The notes below the pieces were generated by a model. That model worked only from the letters and a program-made list of their open reading frames with translations, ran no database searches and was not told the DNA's origin. From Cyanophora paradoxa CCMP329 (taxonomy: Eukaryota > Plantae > Glaucophyta): DNA of 59,730 nucleotides. Below, piece after piece: positions 48,106 through 59,704 of this stretch (positions are counted from its first letter, which is position 1; every line of letters begins with the position of its first letter). The translations under genes and the position numbers were made by a program. The stretch is from positions 1-59,730 of the forward strand of contig QPMI01000069.1 in NCBI GenBank assembly GCA_004431415.1, in the 5' to 3' direction.

Positions 48106-50700
48106 CTAAACTTCAACATCAGAATCATAATCTGATGCATCAGGATCAGCAGCAGGTAGGTCCTGTTTCATCCTTGGATTAGCTTCTTCCTCAATAGTCT
48201 CATCATCTACAAGCTTCATCTTTCTGAATTCCTCAAATACTTGTGGGAATAGGAAATGATAGTATTGTTTGCCATTTGTAGTTTTCACTTGGATATATGT
48301 AACACTTCTCATTTCAGTATAATATCGGCGACTATTATAATCGTTTTTATATTTATTGCTGGTAATAAACTCCTGGAACCACTTCCAGGTTTCCACAAGG
48401 CTACCAGACTTGCATTTATTCTCGGAAATTAAGCCTCGATCCACAAGCCACTTAGTGAACATAAGAATGATTGGAGCGCACACCTGTTGGGCTAAATAGT
48501 ATTTATTTGTAAGGGGTCTATCAGCAATCCAGTTCACATCCTCACAGTCAACTTTGGTTCTCAAATAGTGGGCAATGTTTCGAATATTGCAGTGATCATT
48601 TAGCCATTTTACAAGTGGAAGGAAGTATGACCTATCCTTTGCGAATTTCTTACTAACTTCAACAACCACAAATCGCCTATCTCCAGCTTCAATTTTCACT
48701 GGAATGTTGTTATTGCTGGTGAATATAATCCTGGCAAAGTTGCTTTTTGTGTATGAATCTATCCCTTTGTGTTCAATTACAATCTTATCAGAAGTTATGA
48801 GATCTTTGAGCATATCATTATTTTCGAATGTGTCCTTGCCTGAGGCTTCATTCACAACAATCAAGATCTTATCCTCTCTATTGTGGGCAAATCGACCAAA
48901 CAGATCCTCTTTTGGCTTTCCAGTTGCATAACTTAGGGCATCTCCAAGTATCTTCTTTTGGAAAGTATCAACCAACACATTTTTACCAGTTCCCTGCTCA
49001 CCAATGAAGATTAAGGATACTCCATTGAGTTCCCCAGGCTTTTGCAGCATGTGGGCAAACCATTTCAACAGATATTCATAGGTATTTTGATCCTCACCAG
49101 ACATTAAGAACAAGTGATCTAGGAAAGGCTTAATCATCTCAGCAGTTACATCCTCTGGAGCATTTTCGAATTGCTGATGGTCGACCTTCATTCCTGGATA
49201 GAGATTAAATACAGACTTGCATTTTGCACTGAGAGAAGCAGGAGGGGGAAGGAAATCCATGTAAGTTGATCTTGTGGCTGTTGGATCCACAATCCATTTC
49301 CTAAATGATTGCTCCCATTTCTCTTTCTCATTATCTGTTCCCTCATTGACAATCACCTTATGCATCAAATGGGGGAAATGCTTTGTAGAGAGCTTCCCAA
49401 TATCTTTGGGCATCCAGCAAAGTAGTTGTTCATCCCAGAGCATCACACAACCAACATTTTCAACATGATGCATTCGAGCATTGAAATACCTCTTATGCAC
49501 ATTGTAATGTTCAGCCAAAGGAGGGATACTTGCAGTCTTGTAATCGATTTCATCTGTGTCCTCTGGTAGGAATGCATACTTTTTGGGGAAGAGTTCCTTG
49601 AAAAGCTCATTGTTATCTTTGCTCAACCAATAAACCAAGGATTTGAAGGTCAACACTTTGCCAGGCTCAGCCTTCTTCTTGCTTCTGCGAAGCTGTGTAA
49701 ACTTCTCCTGGCATTCATCATAATCATACTTGTCACTCTGTTCTGAGAATTGGTGGAAGAGTTCAGCTTGCATTTTAGGGGTGAACTTGTTGTCTTCCCC
49801 AACATTGATGATGACCAGTCCTACATCAATCCAAGTTTTATACTCATTAGCTCTCTCACCATTCAGACCCATTATAACACTTTGTAGCAGTTCGAAAGTA
49901 ACAGGATTTTCGGGTTCAGTGTCTTTTTCAGCTTCTACCTTCTCAGTCTTCACTTTATCACTTTTTGGCTCCTTTTTAACTGGTTTTGGCTCAGGGCTAT
50001 AATTTGCGAATGCAGAAATATTCGATTCATCCACAAGTTTAGTAGAAGCTGAGAAGAAAGATACAAAGAAGTCCTCATTTCGCATTAACACTTTGTCACA
50101 GTCAACGAATTTCTTAAAGCAAACGTTTTTATCAACATCTTTCTTTGATTTATTTTGAGCATCCAGAGTCTCACCTTTGCAGCAATTGAGGCAGATTAGG
50201 TTCTGTGTGGAGCTGTAAACTCCACTGTCATAATCCTCATTTTTCACCAATCCCATCGCTTTGAAAAGCTTGGGGATATCTTCATGTTTGCATGCAAGCG
50301 ATTTAATAATAAAGTGGGCTGAAATCTTGAACTTGGTGACATCCTCCTTAATCAAATAAACCCTTCTATGGCGAACTGCAACAGCAATATCGTTAATAGA
50401 AGTGGTACCAGATCGCTTCCATAGCTTATCTCTCATCTCTCTTACAACAGTTTCCGCCTCAGCATAGTTATCAGCAATGTTCTCCTTCAAATCAGCGAAT
50501 TTATCCAGGTCCAGGTAAACTCTGGTCACTTGCTCAGGTTGAATGCATTCAGCCCAGGTCTTAACCTTGCTATTATCAATGGCTTCAAGGGCATCTTCGG
50601 CAGAATCAAATACATGGGTGACCTTGTTGCGATCACCAATGAGAGTACTAAGGAATGTAGCATTTTCAACAGGGGTGGCGAATTTCTCGATTTTGTTCAT
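48106..50700 (-). CDS. Primase-helicase: AEP/PrimPol domain, PriCT-2 and SF3 helicase
   Basis: Intact 864 aa. AEP motifs RVYLDLD, KISAHFII and DSGVY; PriCT-2 EYKTWIDVG..FHQFSEQSDKYD..TFKSLVYW; Walker A GEQGTGKN; Walker B LIVVNEA; IIFTSNN; GDRRFVV. Confidence 0.95.
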   Translation of the reverse strand: MNKIEKFATPVENATFLSTLIGDRNKVTHVFDSAEDALEAIDNSKVKTWAECIQPEQVTRVYLDLDKFADLKENIADNYAEAETVVREMRDKLWKRSGTTSINDIAVAVRHRRVYLIKEDVTKFKISAHFIIKSLACKHEDIPKLFKAMGLVKNEDYDSGVYSSTQNLICLNCCKGETLDAQNKSKKDVDKNVCFKKFVDCDKVLMRNEDFFVSFFSASTKLVDESNISAFANYSPEPKPVKKEPKSDKVKTEKVEAEKDTEPENPVTFELLQSVIMGLNGERANEYKTWIDVGLVIINVGEDNKFTPKMQAELFHQFSEQSDKYDYDECQEKFTQLRRSKKKAEPGKVLTFKSLVYWLSKDNNELFKELFPKKYAFLPEDTDEIDYKTASIPPLAEHYNVHKRYFNARMHHVENVGCVMLWDEQLLCWMPKDIGKLSTKHFPHLMHKVIVNEGTDNEKEKWEQSFRKWIVDPTATRSTYMDFLPPPASLSAKCKSVFNLYPGMKVDHQQFENAPEDVTAEMIKPFLDHLFLMSGEDQNTYEYLLKWFAHMLQKPGELNGVSLIFIGEQGTGKNVLVDTFQKKILGDALSYATGKPKEDLFGRFAHNREDKILIVVNEASGKDTFENNDMLKDLITSDKIVIEHKGIDSYTKSNFARIIFTSNNNIPVKIEAGDRRFVVVEVSKKFAKDRSYFLPLVKWLNDHCNIRNIAHYLRTKVDCEDVNWIADRPLTNKYYLAQQVCAPIILMFTKWLVDRGLISENKCKSGSLVETWKWFQEFITSNKYKNDYNSRRYYTEMRSVTYIQVKTTNGKQYYHFLFPQVFEEFRKMKLVDDETIEEEANPRMKQDLPAADPDASDYDSDVEV

Positions 50701-50953
50701 TTTCGATTTTGGGACTTCTACCTTTAACGAAGAAAATAATTTCGGAAGGAGGAATTGTCTTTTATATATATCCTATTATTTGCCAAGTCCTTAAGTAGTT
50801 TTGGGTCGGGATACTGTCTCGATATATAGGTACAGTTTTAAAAAAGAGGGAAGAAAGCTGTCATTTTTTTGCCTCCGATCAAATCGATTTCTACAAAATT
50901 TGTTTCGATCGAGAATTTATTCTTCGATATATTTCCGAGGTCTTCCAACCGGT

Positions 50954-51241
50954 TTATGCTCTTTGGGTTTCTTGGCTGTTCATCTTTCTTCTTGTGGTAA
51001 TATTCCAGCGCTTTTGCCTTTTTTTGCTCGCGATATTCTTCATTTTCCCTGTATTTCCTCTGGTGTCTGAGGGCAATCTTTTTGAGTTCTTCTGGTGTGT
51101 GAACTGTAGCGGCTCCTTGGGATAATCGTTCCTGCTTCTTTTTATGATAGGCTTCGCGTTTTCTTTGGCATCTTGCTCCCTTTTCAGTCTCAGCTTCTCT
51201 GCTTTTTCATCATCTGTGAGTATCTTGCGGATATTCGGCAT
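50954..51241 (-). CDS. Small basic hypothetical viral protein
   Basis: 95-aa Lys/Arg-rich ORF in the same orientation as its neighbours, with an AT-rich leader; the C-terminal frame may be affected by an indel. Confidence 0.5.
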   Translation of the reverse strand: MPNIRKILTDDEKAEKLRLKREQDAKENAKPIIKRSRNDYPKEPLQFTHQKNSKRLPSDTRGNTGKMKNIASKKRQKRWNITTRRKMNSQETQRA

Positions 51242-51290
51242 TTCTCTTTAATAGTAGATACGAAAATAATTTTTCCTCAATACAATCTAT

Positions 51291-51638
51291 CTACTTTTTC
51301 CTTAAGTCATTTTTTGTTGCGAACACCAGTTCCTGTCTGTAAACTTTTATAGCTGCCTCAGTGGCATACTGAGACCGCTTTTTCTCAATTATCTTATAGA
51401 CCTGGGGTCCATTGCTACTATCAGTAGGCAAATAATATTTAATCGGTCTCCCTCTGGGTCTCTGCTCCTCTTTTTGGGCTTTTCTGCGATAATAGGATGC
51501 CAGGGCTTGCTGCTTTTTATACTCTCTATATTCTGGGTCCTCTCTATATCGTTTCTGCATTGCCAGAATGTGTCTTATAGACCCCTCAGTAACAGGTTCA
51601 TCACTGGTAAACTCGATTAAACTAATAGTGTCCTCCAT
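51291..51638 (-). CDS. Hypothetical DNA-binding protein with an AT-hook-like motif
   Basis: Basic helix KRYREDPEYREYKKQQALASYYRRK followed by RPRGRPIK. Confidence 0.6.
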   Translation of the reverse strand: MEDTISLIEFTSDEPVTEGSIRHILAMQKRYREDPEYREYKKQQALASYYRRKAQKEEQRPRGRPIKYYLPTDSSNGPQVYKIIEKKRSQYATEAAIKVYRQELVFATKNDLRKK

Positions 51639-51892
51639 TTATATTCCAGAGAAAACGTTTTCTGCTGGCAGAGAACTTCTCCTTGGATACTCCTGTTGCT
51701 CATATGTATACTCTGTGGGTCTGCTGGCATTGACTCCACAGACACTGTTGATCTTCTTCTCTCTCTTGCTTCTGAGGCATTATCCTCATTATCTGACATC
51801 TCAAACTCTATTGTTGTGTCACAGCATCCACTGTGGCAATTGCTGACCACATGCAGACTGAGCATCTCAATAAACTTTCGTATTATATCCAT
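51617..51892 (-). CDS. Hypothetical viral protein
   Basis: 91-aa ORF with SNCHSGCC near the N-terminus, tightly packed between neighbouring genes. Confidence 0.45.
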   Translation of the reverse strand: MDIIRKFIEMLSLHVVSNCHSGCCDTTIEFEMSDNEDNASEARERRRSTVSVESMPADPQSIHMSNRSIQGEVLCQQKTFSLEYKWRTLLV

Positions 51893-51960
51893 GTCTCTAA
51901 TAAAACAGAGAAAATTAAAGCCAAACTCGTCTTTTATATACTGTTGGGCTACTCCCTTTT

Positions 51961-52646
51961 CTACTTCAGCTTTGTGGCACCAGGCTCAATGGTTCCCTTT
52001 TGGGTCTTTGTTTTCATTTCATCTACTGCTTGCTCATCGATTTGGTTCTCCTTCTTGGCAATAAACTGTTTATCTGGGACACCAGTAATGCCCATTTTAT
52101 AAACTTCCTTTCGAAGCATCTCCTTTAGCTTGGCTCTCTCTTTCTTCTCAGTAACATACTGCTCCAAGGCACTTGATTTGGCTTCCAGATCTTTGAGTTT
52201 AGCAGTCATCTCATCCCATTGAGCCTTGGGAATTCGATGAATATTTTGAGTGGGAGCAGTCTTATATGTGACTTCACCAGCCATAGACTGAATAACCTTG
52301 TCTGATTCCTTACTAAGACCTTCACCTTTGCGAGCCAGTGAAAGATCTTGCAAGCCTAAACCTTTATCATCAGCAGCCCCAATAATTCGCCTGGCACCCT
52401 CAGCAACAGCTTTCATTTTTGAGGCTTCTGGTGAGATGTTGAGTTGGTCACTGGTTGAAGCCTGTGGGCTTTGTCATCGACTGATTCCTCATAGGCAGCA
52501 TTAAGAGGGTCTTCTTCTTGTTGTGAGGGCTTCACCTCATTCATACCATTGAACTTCAGTGGTTCAGTGTTAATGGATCCATTGTTTCCACCACCTGAAT
52601 AGCCAACAGCCCCAGCTGGGATCCCTATCTTTCGTTTGGGAGGCAT
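51961..52646 (-). CDS. Hypothetical coiled-coil protein, probably one gene split by an indel near 52415-52470
   Basis: Two abutting ORFs (52413-52646 and 51961-52416); N-terminal MPPKRK resembles an NLS; predicted helix MTAKLKDLEAKSSALEQYV. Confidence 0.55.
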
Positions 52647-52724
52647 TGTATCTTTATTAGAATGAGAGATAATTTTATAAACCGCGTTTATATCGCATCA
52701 ATTTATTGCTATGGACTTGGCTTT

Positions 52725-53454
52725 TCACTTCTTTGGGGCTTCCTCTTTCTCTGGTGGTTTCAGTTCATCTTCTTTCTTCTTGGGCTTCCTGTGGAAGCGA
52801 GGAAATGGGAAATCTTTCACAAGCTCAGCTTTATCTACATAGTATTTAACTGAGTAGTTTGCAGAGGACCAAATAATATACTGATAGGAGTGAACATACT
52901 CTTCAAACATCTTGTAAAATCCTCTTTATTTCGCATTATATTGTATTCTTCCTCTATGGCTTCAAGTTCTTTGCGATTTGCAGCACTGAGAAACATAGCA
53001 TAGTCCGAATTAACTCGAATAGTCGAAGAGACTTTCCTTAGCTTTTGTGTGATGCAGATAATGGATATTTTCGAATGGCGACCTCTGGAATACAGAGAGC
53101 CAATAATTTTATCACGAGTTAGGTCTACAATCTCATTATCTATAAGATCATCTAAAACTACACATAACTGGTTAACAGGTTGACCTTTTTCTATTTTCTC
53201 TTGCCTTTCATCTAGCAATTTAGCAATGTAAGGGCATCCCATTTTCCCAGTTGCAATGTTGCAACTTTATCCCAGAAATGATTGAAGCTGGTTCCACTCA
53301 CAACTAATACAACATCAATCTTTTTGGCATCATGCAACTGCTTCAACCAATACTTCACAGCTTCTGATTTACCAGTTGCTGATTTTCCTATTGCCAGTAC
53401 ACGAAATGGTGGCTCTATCATTTCACCAGCCACAAATTCATCCAAATCAGTCAT
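52725..53454 (-). CDS. Genome-packaging ATPase (A32/FtsK-HerA family), frameshifted
   Basis: Walker A IGKSATGKS, Walker B CVVLDD, family motif SRGRHSKISIICITQ and IRVNSDY, spread over three frames. Confidence 0.92.
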
Positions 53455-53519
53455 TGTTGTATATCTTTCTTAATAAAGACATATAAAAATAATGCAGGGA
53501 GACTGAATATCGTCACAAT

Positions 53520-54883
53520 CTACAAATTTATACGACGAAGCCCATCTTTGTCGACAATAATAAAGCTATGCATGAGAGCGCGAACATTAACATCGATTAC
53601 CTTATCTGAAGGCATGTAGAGGGTGAGGAATGAAGAGGAGGAATTTGTTAAATCAACATAACCAGACTGGGCAATATTTCGAATCGCCTTTTCTCCATCA
53701 AGGCAGAAAGGCAATCCTGAAAGGACATAGCGATCAGCAACCTTATCCATGTTAGAGCATTTGAAGGCATCAGCAATTAGCTCAGCACCTTTGAGTAGGA
53801 AATTGGCTCAGTGGCAAAAAGTCGCTGTCCATTTATTTCAGTTGTGAATGTTATCTCTTTGGAGTTGGCATAGGTCTTAAGAACACTGTGGGAGCCTGTG
53901 GATTTATCAACAGTTGCATTATCACGAACTGAAACAAGCAGAGCATAAACCAGTCCAGAGATTTGAGAGAGGTTAATTCGATTGGGTTGGGCATTGCCCT
54001 TGGCAGGGAAAGCACTAGCATCAACAAACCCAATGTCTAGAGCAGGAATAGCCATGCCAGTAGTCTTTACTTTTTCAATAACAGTAGCGAAAAGCTCATC
54101 AGAAACATTAATAGCATGCATGTAAAGGCGAGGAGAGGTAATTGTAATACCAGGGTTGTTGCACCAAGACTGAAAGTGGTGATGTTTTGACCAACATGGG
54201 CAAGGGTTCCATCTGTGAAGTTTCCAAGACCATCATCGGCAGTTGCATCAACTGTTCCAACAGCAGTTGTGAGTTCACGACCACCATAGGAAGTTTCAAC
54301 ATAACCCTTCTCAGCATCCTTAAACCAAACAGTAACAACCATTTCACCAGATAAAGCACCAAGGGAAGGTAGTGATTTAGCCAAGGCACAGGAATTTCAA
54401 CGAAAAATGAGCCACCAAGGCGGTTGGTTCCATGAGCAGGAATGCCATGAACCATGCCCATTGATCGCTTCTTTTTAGCTAGTTGATCCTCCGAATAATA
54501 GACCAGGGGAAATGAGCAAGGAAATCAGATGGAATATGGTAGGTGTAAGATCCATAGGTAATTTCAAGTCGCTGAACTAAAGCACCAACTGGGCGAGTGT
54601 ATCCATTGCGAACTAGGTCAGTATCACCAGCAAAAGTGATGGCTGGAAGGTCGAAAGCAAGTTCGAGTTTTCCACAGAAATTGTAGCGAGGTAGCTTAAA
54701 GGAAATGCGATTTCCAACATTATTCTCAAAAGTATTGCTGGGATTCACAACAACTAGAACTGGCTTAGACTTGGATTCGAGACCAAGCATAAGGGAGTTA
54801 TCCAGGAAAAAGGCTTTCGCCTCCTCTGGGGTTGTTAGGGCTTCTTTCAGCGAAAGTCTTTGAAGAGTGGAAGTGATATCCAT
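53520..54883 (-). CDS. Putative double jelly-roll major capsid protein, frameshifted
   Basis: About 450 codons in total, beta-strand-rich (NRISFKLP, LELAFDLP, LVQRLEITYG, FFVEIPVPW, MVVTVWF, INLSQISGLVYALLVSVR, FTTEING, GYVDL, FLTLY), adjacent to the ATPase and penton-like genes. Call rests on pattern and context. Confidence 0.72.
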
Positions 54884-54935
54884 TATATTCTCTTTTATTA
54901 TACTGCAACATAAAAATCTACCAATGATCCTTAAT

Positions 54936-55939
54936 TTATGCGAAGCTTGTAATAACTGGATAGGAAGGGTGAAGCTGCGACATTCTCATCTTAAAGTATT
55001 CATAAACTGGGTCTCCTGCTGGCTCATCACCATAGCGAATTTCAAAGGTCAGATGAACAGGTTGACCCTCAAAATCAATTGGTTCATTTACAGCATTAAC
55101 AATATCAACCGAGAAAGTGGATAATCCAACCTTTTGTTATAGTATTTATAAAGTGGATGAGCTTCTGTTGAATTGTAAACAACATGCTCACCATAGTCTT
55201 TATCAGGGACCACTATTTTGTGAAAGTAACCAGTCAGAAGACCATCCCACATTGCACCAGATCACCCAGCTCCTTTACTCTCACAAACAAAACACTGTCC
55301 CTGTCTTCTCAGGCTCAAAAGAAGATATAATGCCATTCACGCGACCACCAGTAAAGATTCCATCAGTGAGAGCATCATAGACCTGTGATTGGATTGGGAG
55401 TTACCATATCTTCCAGGATCAAGACCCAGCAGTCTAGCTGAACTCAACAGCTTTTGGATTGTTTGTTGGCTTGGGTTCACAGCTACTGAGAAAGCCAAGT
55501 AAAATGGTACTGCTGAGTGGAATATAATTCGTTTCAGTGATTCATCCCATTTGCAGCGAATGGATGGTTGGGGATTTCTGCCTTCGAATTTAGAGTTAAT
55601 TACATTCACCAGTTGCTGTGGCTTTGGATGGGGGTGTTTCGACTTATAATGAATTGTTTCCATTGTTCATAGTCAGCAGCTGGGCGAACTGTTGGAATTC
55701 CTGAGCTTCCAGCTCCAGGAGTTTGTTCAGAATAATAAATGCTAATGCATTGTCAACTGTCACATCTCCTGCTTTGTTTCACCACTCACCATAGGGATAC
55801 TGTTATAAAATTCGGCTGAGACCAGTCTCACAGCCCTCACATTCTCATAACTACTGGGGAGTCTAGCCACAAAGCTTGATGTGGGACCATCACCAGAGAT
55901 TGTATTAAATGAGCTAACCTCGATGTAATCCACAGGCAT
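54936..55939 (-). CDS. Putative minor capsid (penton-like) protein 1, frameshifted
   Basis: Manual translation: N-terminus MPVDYIEVSS..SSFVARLPSSYENVRAVRLVSAEFYNS; middle LLGL; C-terminus LSTFSVDIVNAVNEPIDFEGQPVHLTFEIR, typical of PLV/NCLDV single jelly-roll minor capsids. Confidence 0.68.
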
Positions 55940-55967
55940 TCTTCTTTATCTATATTTATATATTAAA

Positions 55968-56890
55968 ATGAACCGGCTCGTTAATATTGATAGCAGGGAT
56001 AGAAGCCAAGGACAAAATGAAAACTCTTACAGGGTCACCCTCACAACTCCAGTAGAGAGACCAAGGGAATGTAGGGTTCTCTATGCAGAGATTCCAAACA
56101 GTATCTATAACAGTGTGGGAACTGATCATCTAACAGTTCAGTTTAATTACCAAGATGGTTCATATAACCAAGTGATCACACAACAAGTGTATCCCCTTCC
56201 CAGTGGCTACATCAATCAGGGTCATTTTGGGTCACACACCCTTATAATTATGGGCTGAACTATTCAAGCTTCCAAACTATGCAGGCAAAACAGTAGCTTT
56301 GAGTTCAAGATATTCTACAACCCAACTACCTATAAAGTGGAGTTTTACAGTAACCATGAGTTTCGTTTTATTGCAAGCAACCAGAGAATAGGGAAGCTTT
56401 TGGGTGTGAGTTCTACTGAATACACCAATGGTTATTATAGCACTCCTCCTGCTGGTGGAATCTCCCTATCGACCTGAGAACCTTTTAAAGTATGATGGCA
56501 AACCTATTACACCTGATCACCCAGCATGGGGAATCACCTTCTCAGGACCAGACTCTCATCTAAGCCCTTGCAATATTATTTTGACAGCAGAAAGATGTCT
56601 GATATGAATGCTGAGCAGATCTATACATGCACATTAAAGAGCTTGCCCCTTTTGCCAGCAGACACAATATAATTCCGAAATCGCAACCACATAACCAGGG
56701 GCAATCCTTAGATTGCAATTGAGTAAGGATATAGTGGCTATGTTTACCATAGAGTGAACATGCAGAATTCATTCAGATAAATGACAGAAACCTGGTGATA
56801 AGGAACTCACAGTTGAGTTTAAAGATTACTTTGGTGAACTGATTATATGAATGAATCGATAATTCTTTTCAGTTGGAGTTTATCGAATAA
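55968..56890 (+). CDS. Putative minor capsid (penton-like) protein 2, frameshifted
   Basis: MNRLVNIDSRDR..SYRVTLTTPV..CRVLYAEIPNSIYN; later GKLLG and ELTVEFKDYFGEL..NSFQLEFIE-stop. Confidence 0.72.
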
Positions 56891-57409
56891 AGGCACCTGT
56901 AAAGTCAACTCTCATTGTGAGCATTCACATACACAAGGGGATAAATGCGAATATATTTAATTCTGAGAGAAAAACCTATGTAAAAAGCATCCTTGATGCT
57001 GAGAGAAATCCACTCAATAGAGCCACATCACCTGAGTGTGAGCATTGTTAATGTTCTCACAGACATATATTTGTTTTGCCCATCTGATCGATAAAAGACC
57101 AGTTGATCCCATCATGGATGTTGCCACATGAAGTCTTAATAAAGCATTGTGTCCCCTGATCCATAGGCAATCACAGAAGAGAGTTCAAAAGTATATGGAA
57201 AGCAACTTGAAGTATTCAGTGGGTTTCCCATATCTGCTCAGGAGCATAGGCTCCAGCTTCCCAGCCAAATGCTGAAGTCTACCATGAAGGCTCTTACCAG
57301 TCACAGAGGATAGGCAGTGAAGCATCATCTGCAAGCTGATACCAATTAGCATCCAAAGTGTGATGTAGTGAGAGTGGATGAGATGTAAGCCTTGTAGGTC
57401 TTTAATCAT
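56880..57409 (-). CDS. Possible F5/8 type C (discoidin) domain protein, heavily frameshifted
   Basis: Fragments across frames in discoidin order: GWEAG, LQVAF, VIAYG, DGINWSF, IKYIRIYP, MRVDFTG. Confidence 0.45.
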
Positions 57410-58395
57410 AGTTTGCTACTAGAATGCTGCAAAGCTTATTAATCATATCATTGTTTGCTGCTATGTATGTTTCTGTGAAAGAAAGCATATCTGGGATTTT
57501 AGAAGTGTCATCCAGGAGCTTACTATGTGATCGGAAGAGGTACTGATAACCTATAGTATCTCCCATAATCCTGATCATAGTTGTAGGGTAACAACTCCTC
57601 CATCTTATCAAGGGCAGAAAGCTCACTTGCAGCATGAGCATGTTAATCAATGGGCTTCCATCGTTGAGGCAATCCATGAGAGAATGCCCCAGCTTTGACA
57701 GTCTCATAAGCATAACCCACAATAATCAGACTCTAAATGTGGGTCACCTCTCCACAAGAGATACTTATTACTATAATCATCATCATCACTGTAAATCTTC
57801 TTTGCATGGCTGTAACCACACACACTGGGATTATTGTTTCCCGAAATGGCACCATCAATGAGACAGACATATACTCCCCGATTGAAATCAACAATGCTTA
57901 CAGGAGAAAATATGTAGGAGCAGCAGAAGTAGCCCTAGCAGCAATCTTACAAGGCATAAAGTTGTAATTGTTGTCATTTGTGATAAATATTGGTTTCATA
58001 TTCTGAGTATCAAAGGATGTAATCACAATGTCCTTTAGGGAATCCTGTATTAGTGATTCACCAGTAACTGAATTGATTGCAGTCTCCAAGGGTCCCACAT
58101 CATACTTTGTGTTAAAAGGGCATTTTCATGATATTTCGAGGATTTGCGAAAATCAAGGGCAGTTGAGTTAGGTAAATATTGTGTAAATCGTTTGCTGTCA
58201 GTTTAGGTTCACCTGGTTATCAGGATGCCTTATATTCAAACCTATTGCAATGATCCCACCAGTGGAAGTTCCACTCACAAGATCCACAAGATCGATTATT
58301 CTCCTGCCAGTTCGATTTTCGATTTCTTTTAGCAGCCTGGTTATGATAATGCCCCTTGCACCCCCGCAGAAAGACTAAACGACCTTGAGAGGCAT
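57402..58395 (-). CDS. Patatin-like phospholipase, frameshifted
   Basis: GGARGII (oxyanion loop), LVSGTSTGGIIAIGL (GxSxG), IVITSFD, AARATSAAPTYF and LIDGA (catalytic Asp). Confidence 0.88.
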
Positions 58396-58438
58396 CTTTT
58401 ACTTATCAGGAATTTTATAAATCCATATAGTAAAAGCC

Positions 58439-59704
58439 ATGAGCTTCAATTACCCACCAAATCTAGAAACCATTCAAGATGATAATGCAAGCAGCACCAA
58501 GCATGTGAACTTTGATAATATTAAAGTAAAGGGTTCAGTTTCAATTGACCACAGCTCTGATAATTCATCAAAGACTCAATCAAGGAGCATGCTTTATCTG
58601 TGAATCAAACCGATCCAGATAAAGAGGATGTCAGTGTAGCCTTTAGTTTGGGTAATGTGAAAGCAAACCAAGTGGCAGAGATCAAAGCAACAAGAAGGAG
58701 ACCTAGGAAACTAAAAACCAGTGGCACTCACCCAGATATACCTTCCAGGTTCGATAGTGGTCGATTGATTTTCAATGTTCAAGATGAGCAGGGCAAACAG
58801 AACACAGCTTTGCGAATTTACAATGAGGGCAGCACTGCAAAAGCTGAGGTCCCCCAAGTATTGCAAGTGGGTCCCATTGCCAATACAAATCAGGTCTCCT
58901 ACACAAATGATGTCTACCCCAAGGATATTACATATGACTTTGCAAGAATGAGCCTTTTGGGTTCTTTACTCCAAAAGATGTCCATCAAAAAAAAGCCATC
59001 AATTACAATCAACAGTAGCCCCAGTCAACCAGTAGCAATCCATTTACACCTGATTTAGTCGAAATGGATAGGCACCTTTTGCCTTTGTATAGCAATGTGA
59101 AAGACCTTGGAATTCGAACCAGGCAATGGCGAAATATCCATGGCAGCAATGTGTATGCAAATGGAGAAGCTTGTAAGTGAGAAAACCCTAAGAGAAATCA
59201 TTGAGCATTATGGTCCCAATGGACCTACTGTCCCATTCCCTATTCCATTTCCCAATGGACCACCGATTTAACACCAAAGAAGCAACCTGGAAGAGAATAC
59301 ACAGCAACTGAAGATGTAGCCTTTGGGCAGCATATTGTTAGTTGGGAGCAAGTTCGCAATAAACCTATAATTGAACCAAAAGCAAATAGATGAGCAGTAT
59401 TTACCTCCTGAAATCGATATATTAGAGCTTGATGAATATCAATTCGTTCCAGATGAGGAAGATTTTACCAGATGGTTTTGACCCACAAGAATATGAGTAT
59501 GATCAGTTTGACCCAATGAGGAGGAGATACTCCCAGATGGTTTTGACCACAAGAATTGAGTATGAACAGAACTATGAACCTGATGAGGAGTATTTACCAG
59601 ATGGTCATGATCCACCAGCTGTTGACTATGAGCAACCTTATGAACCCCATGAGGAATTGTTACCAGATGGATTTCGACCTGAGATCTGGGAGTTCTTTCC
59701 CTGA
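58439..59704 (+). CDS. Putative fibre/spike-like protein with acidic C-terminal repeats, frameshifted (could be two genes)
   Basis: GRLIFNV..TALRI, HLLPLYSNVKDLG..RQWRNIH and WEQVRNKP resemble tail-fibre motifs; the C-terminus has four LPDGxxP acidic repeats. Confidence 0.45.
59445..59685 (+). repeat. Coding tandem repeat, four units of ~65 nt (~22 aa; EE.LPDGFDP..YEY)
   Basis: ccagatgg cores at ~59468, 59533, 59597 and 59663. Confidence 0.85.
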
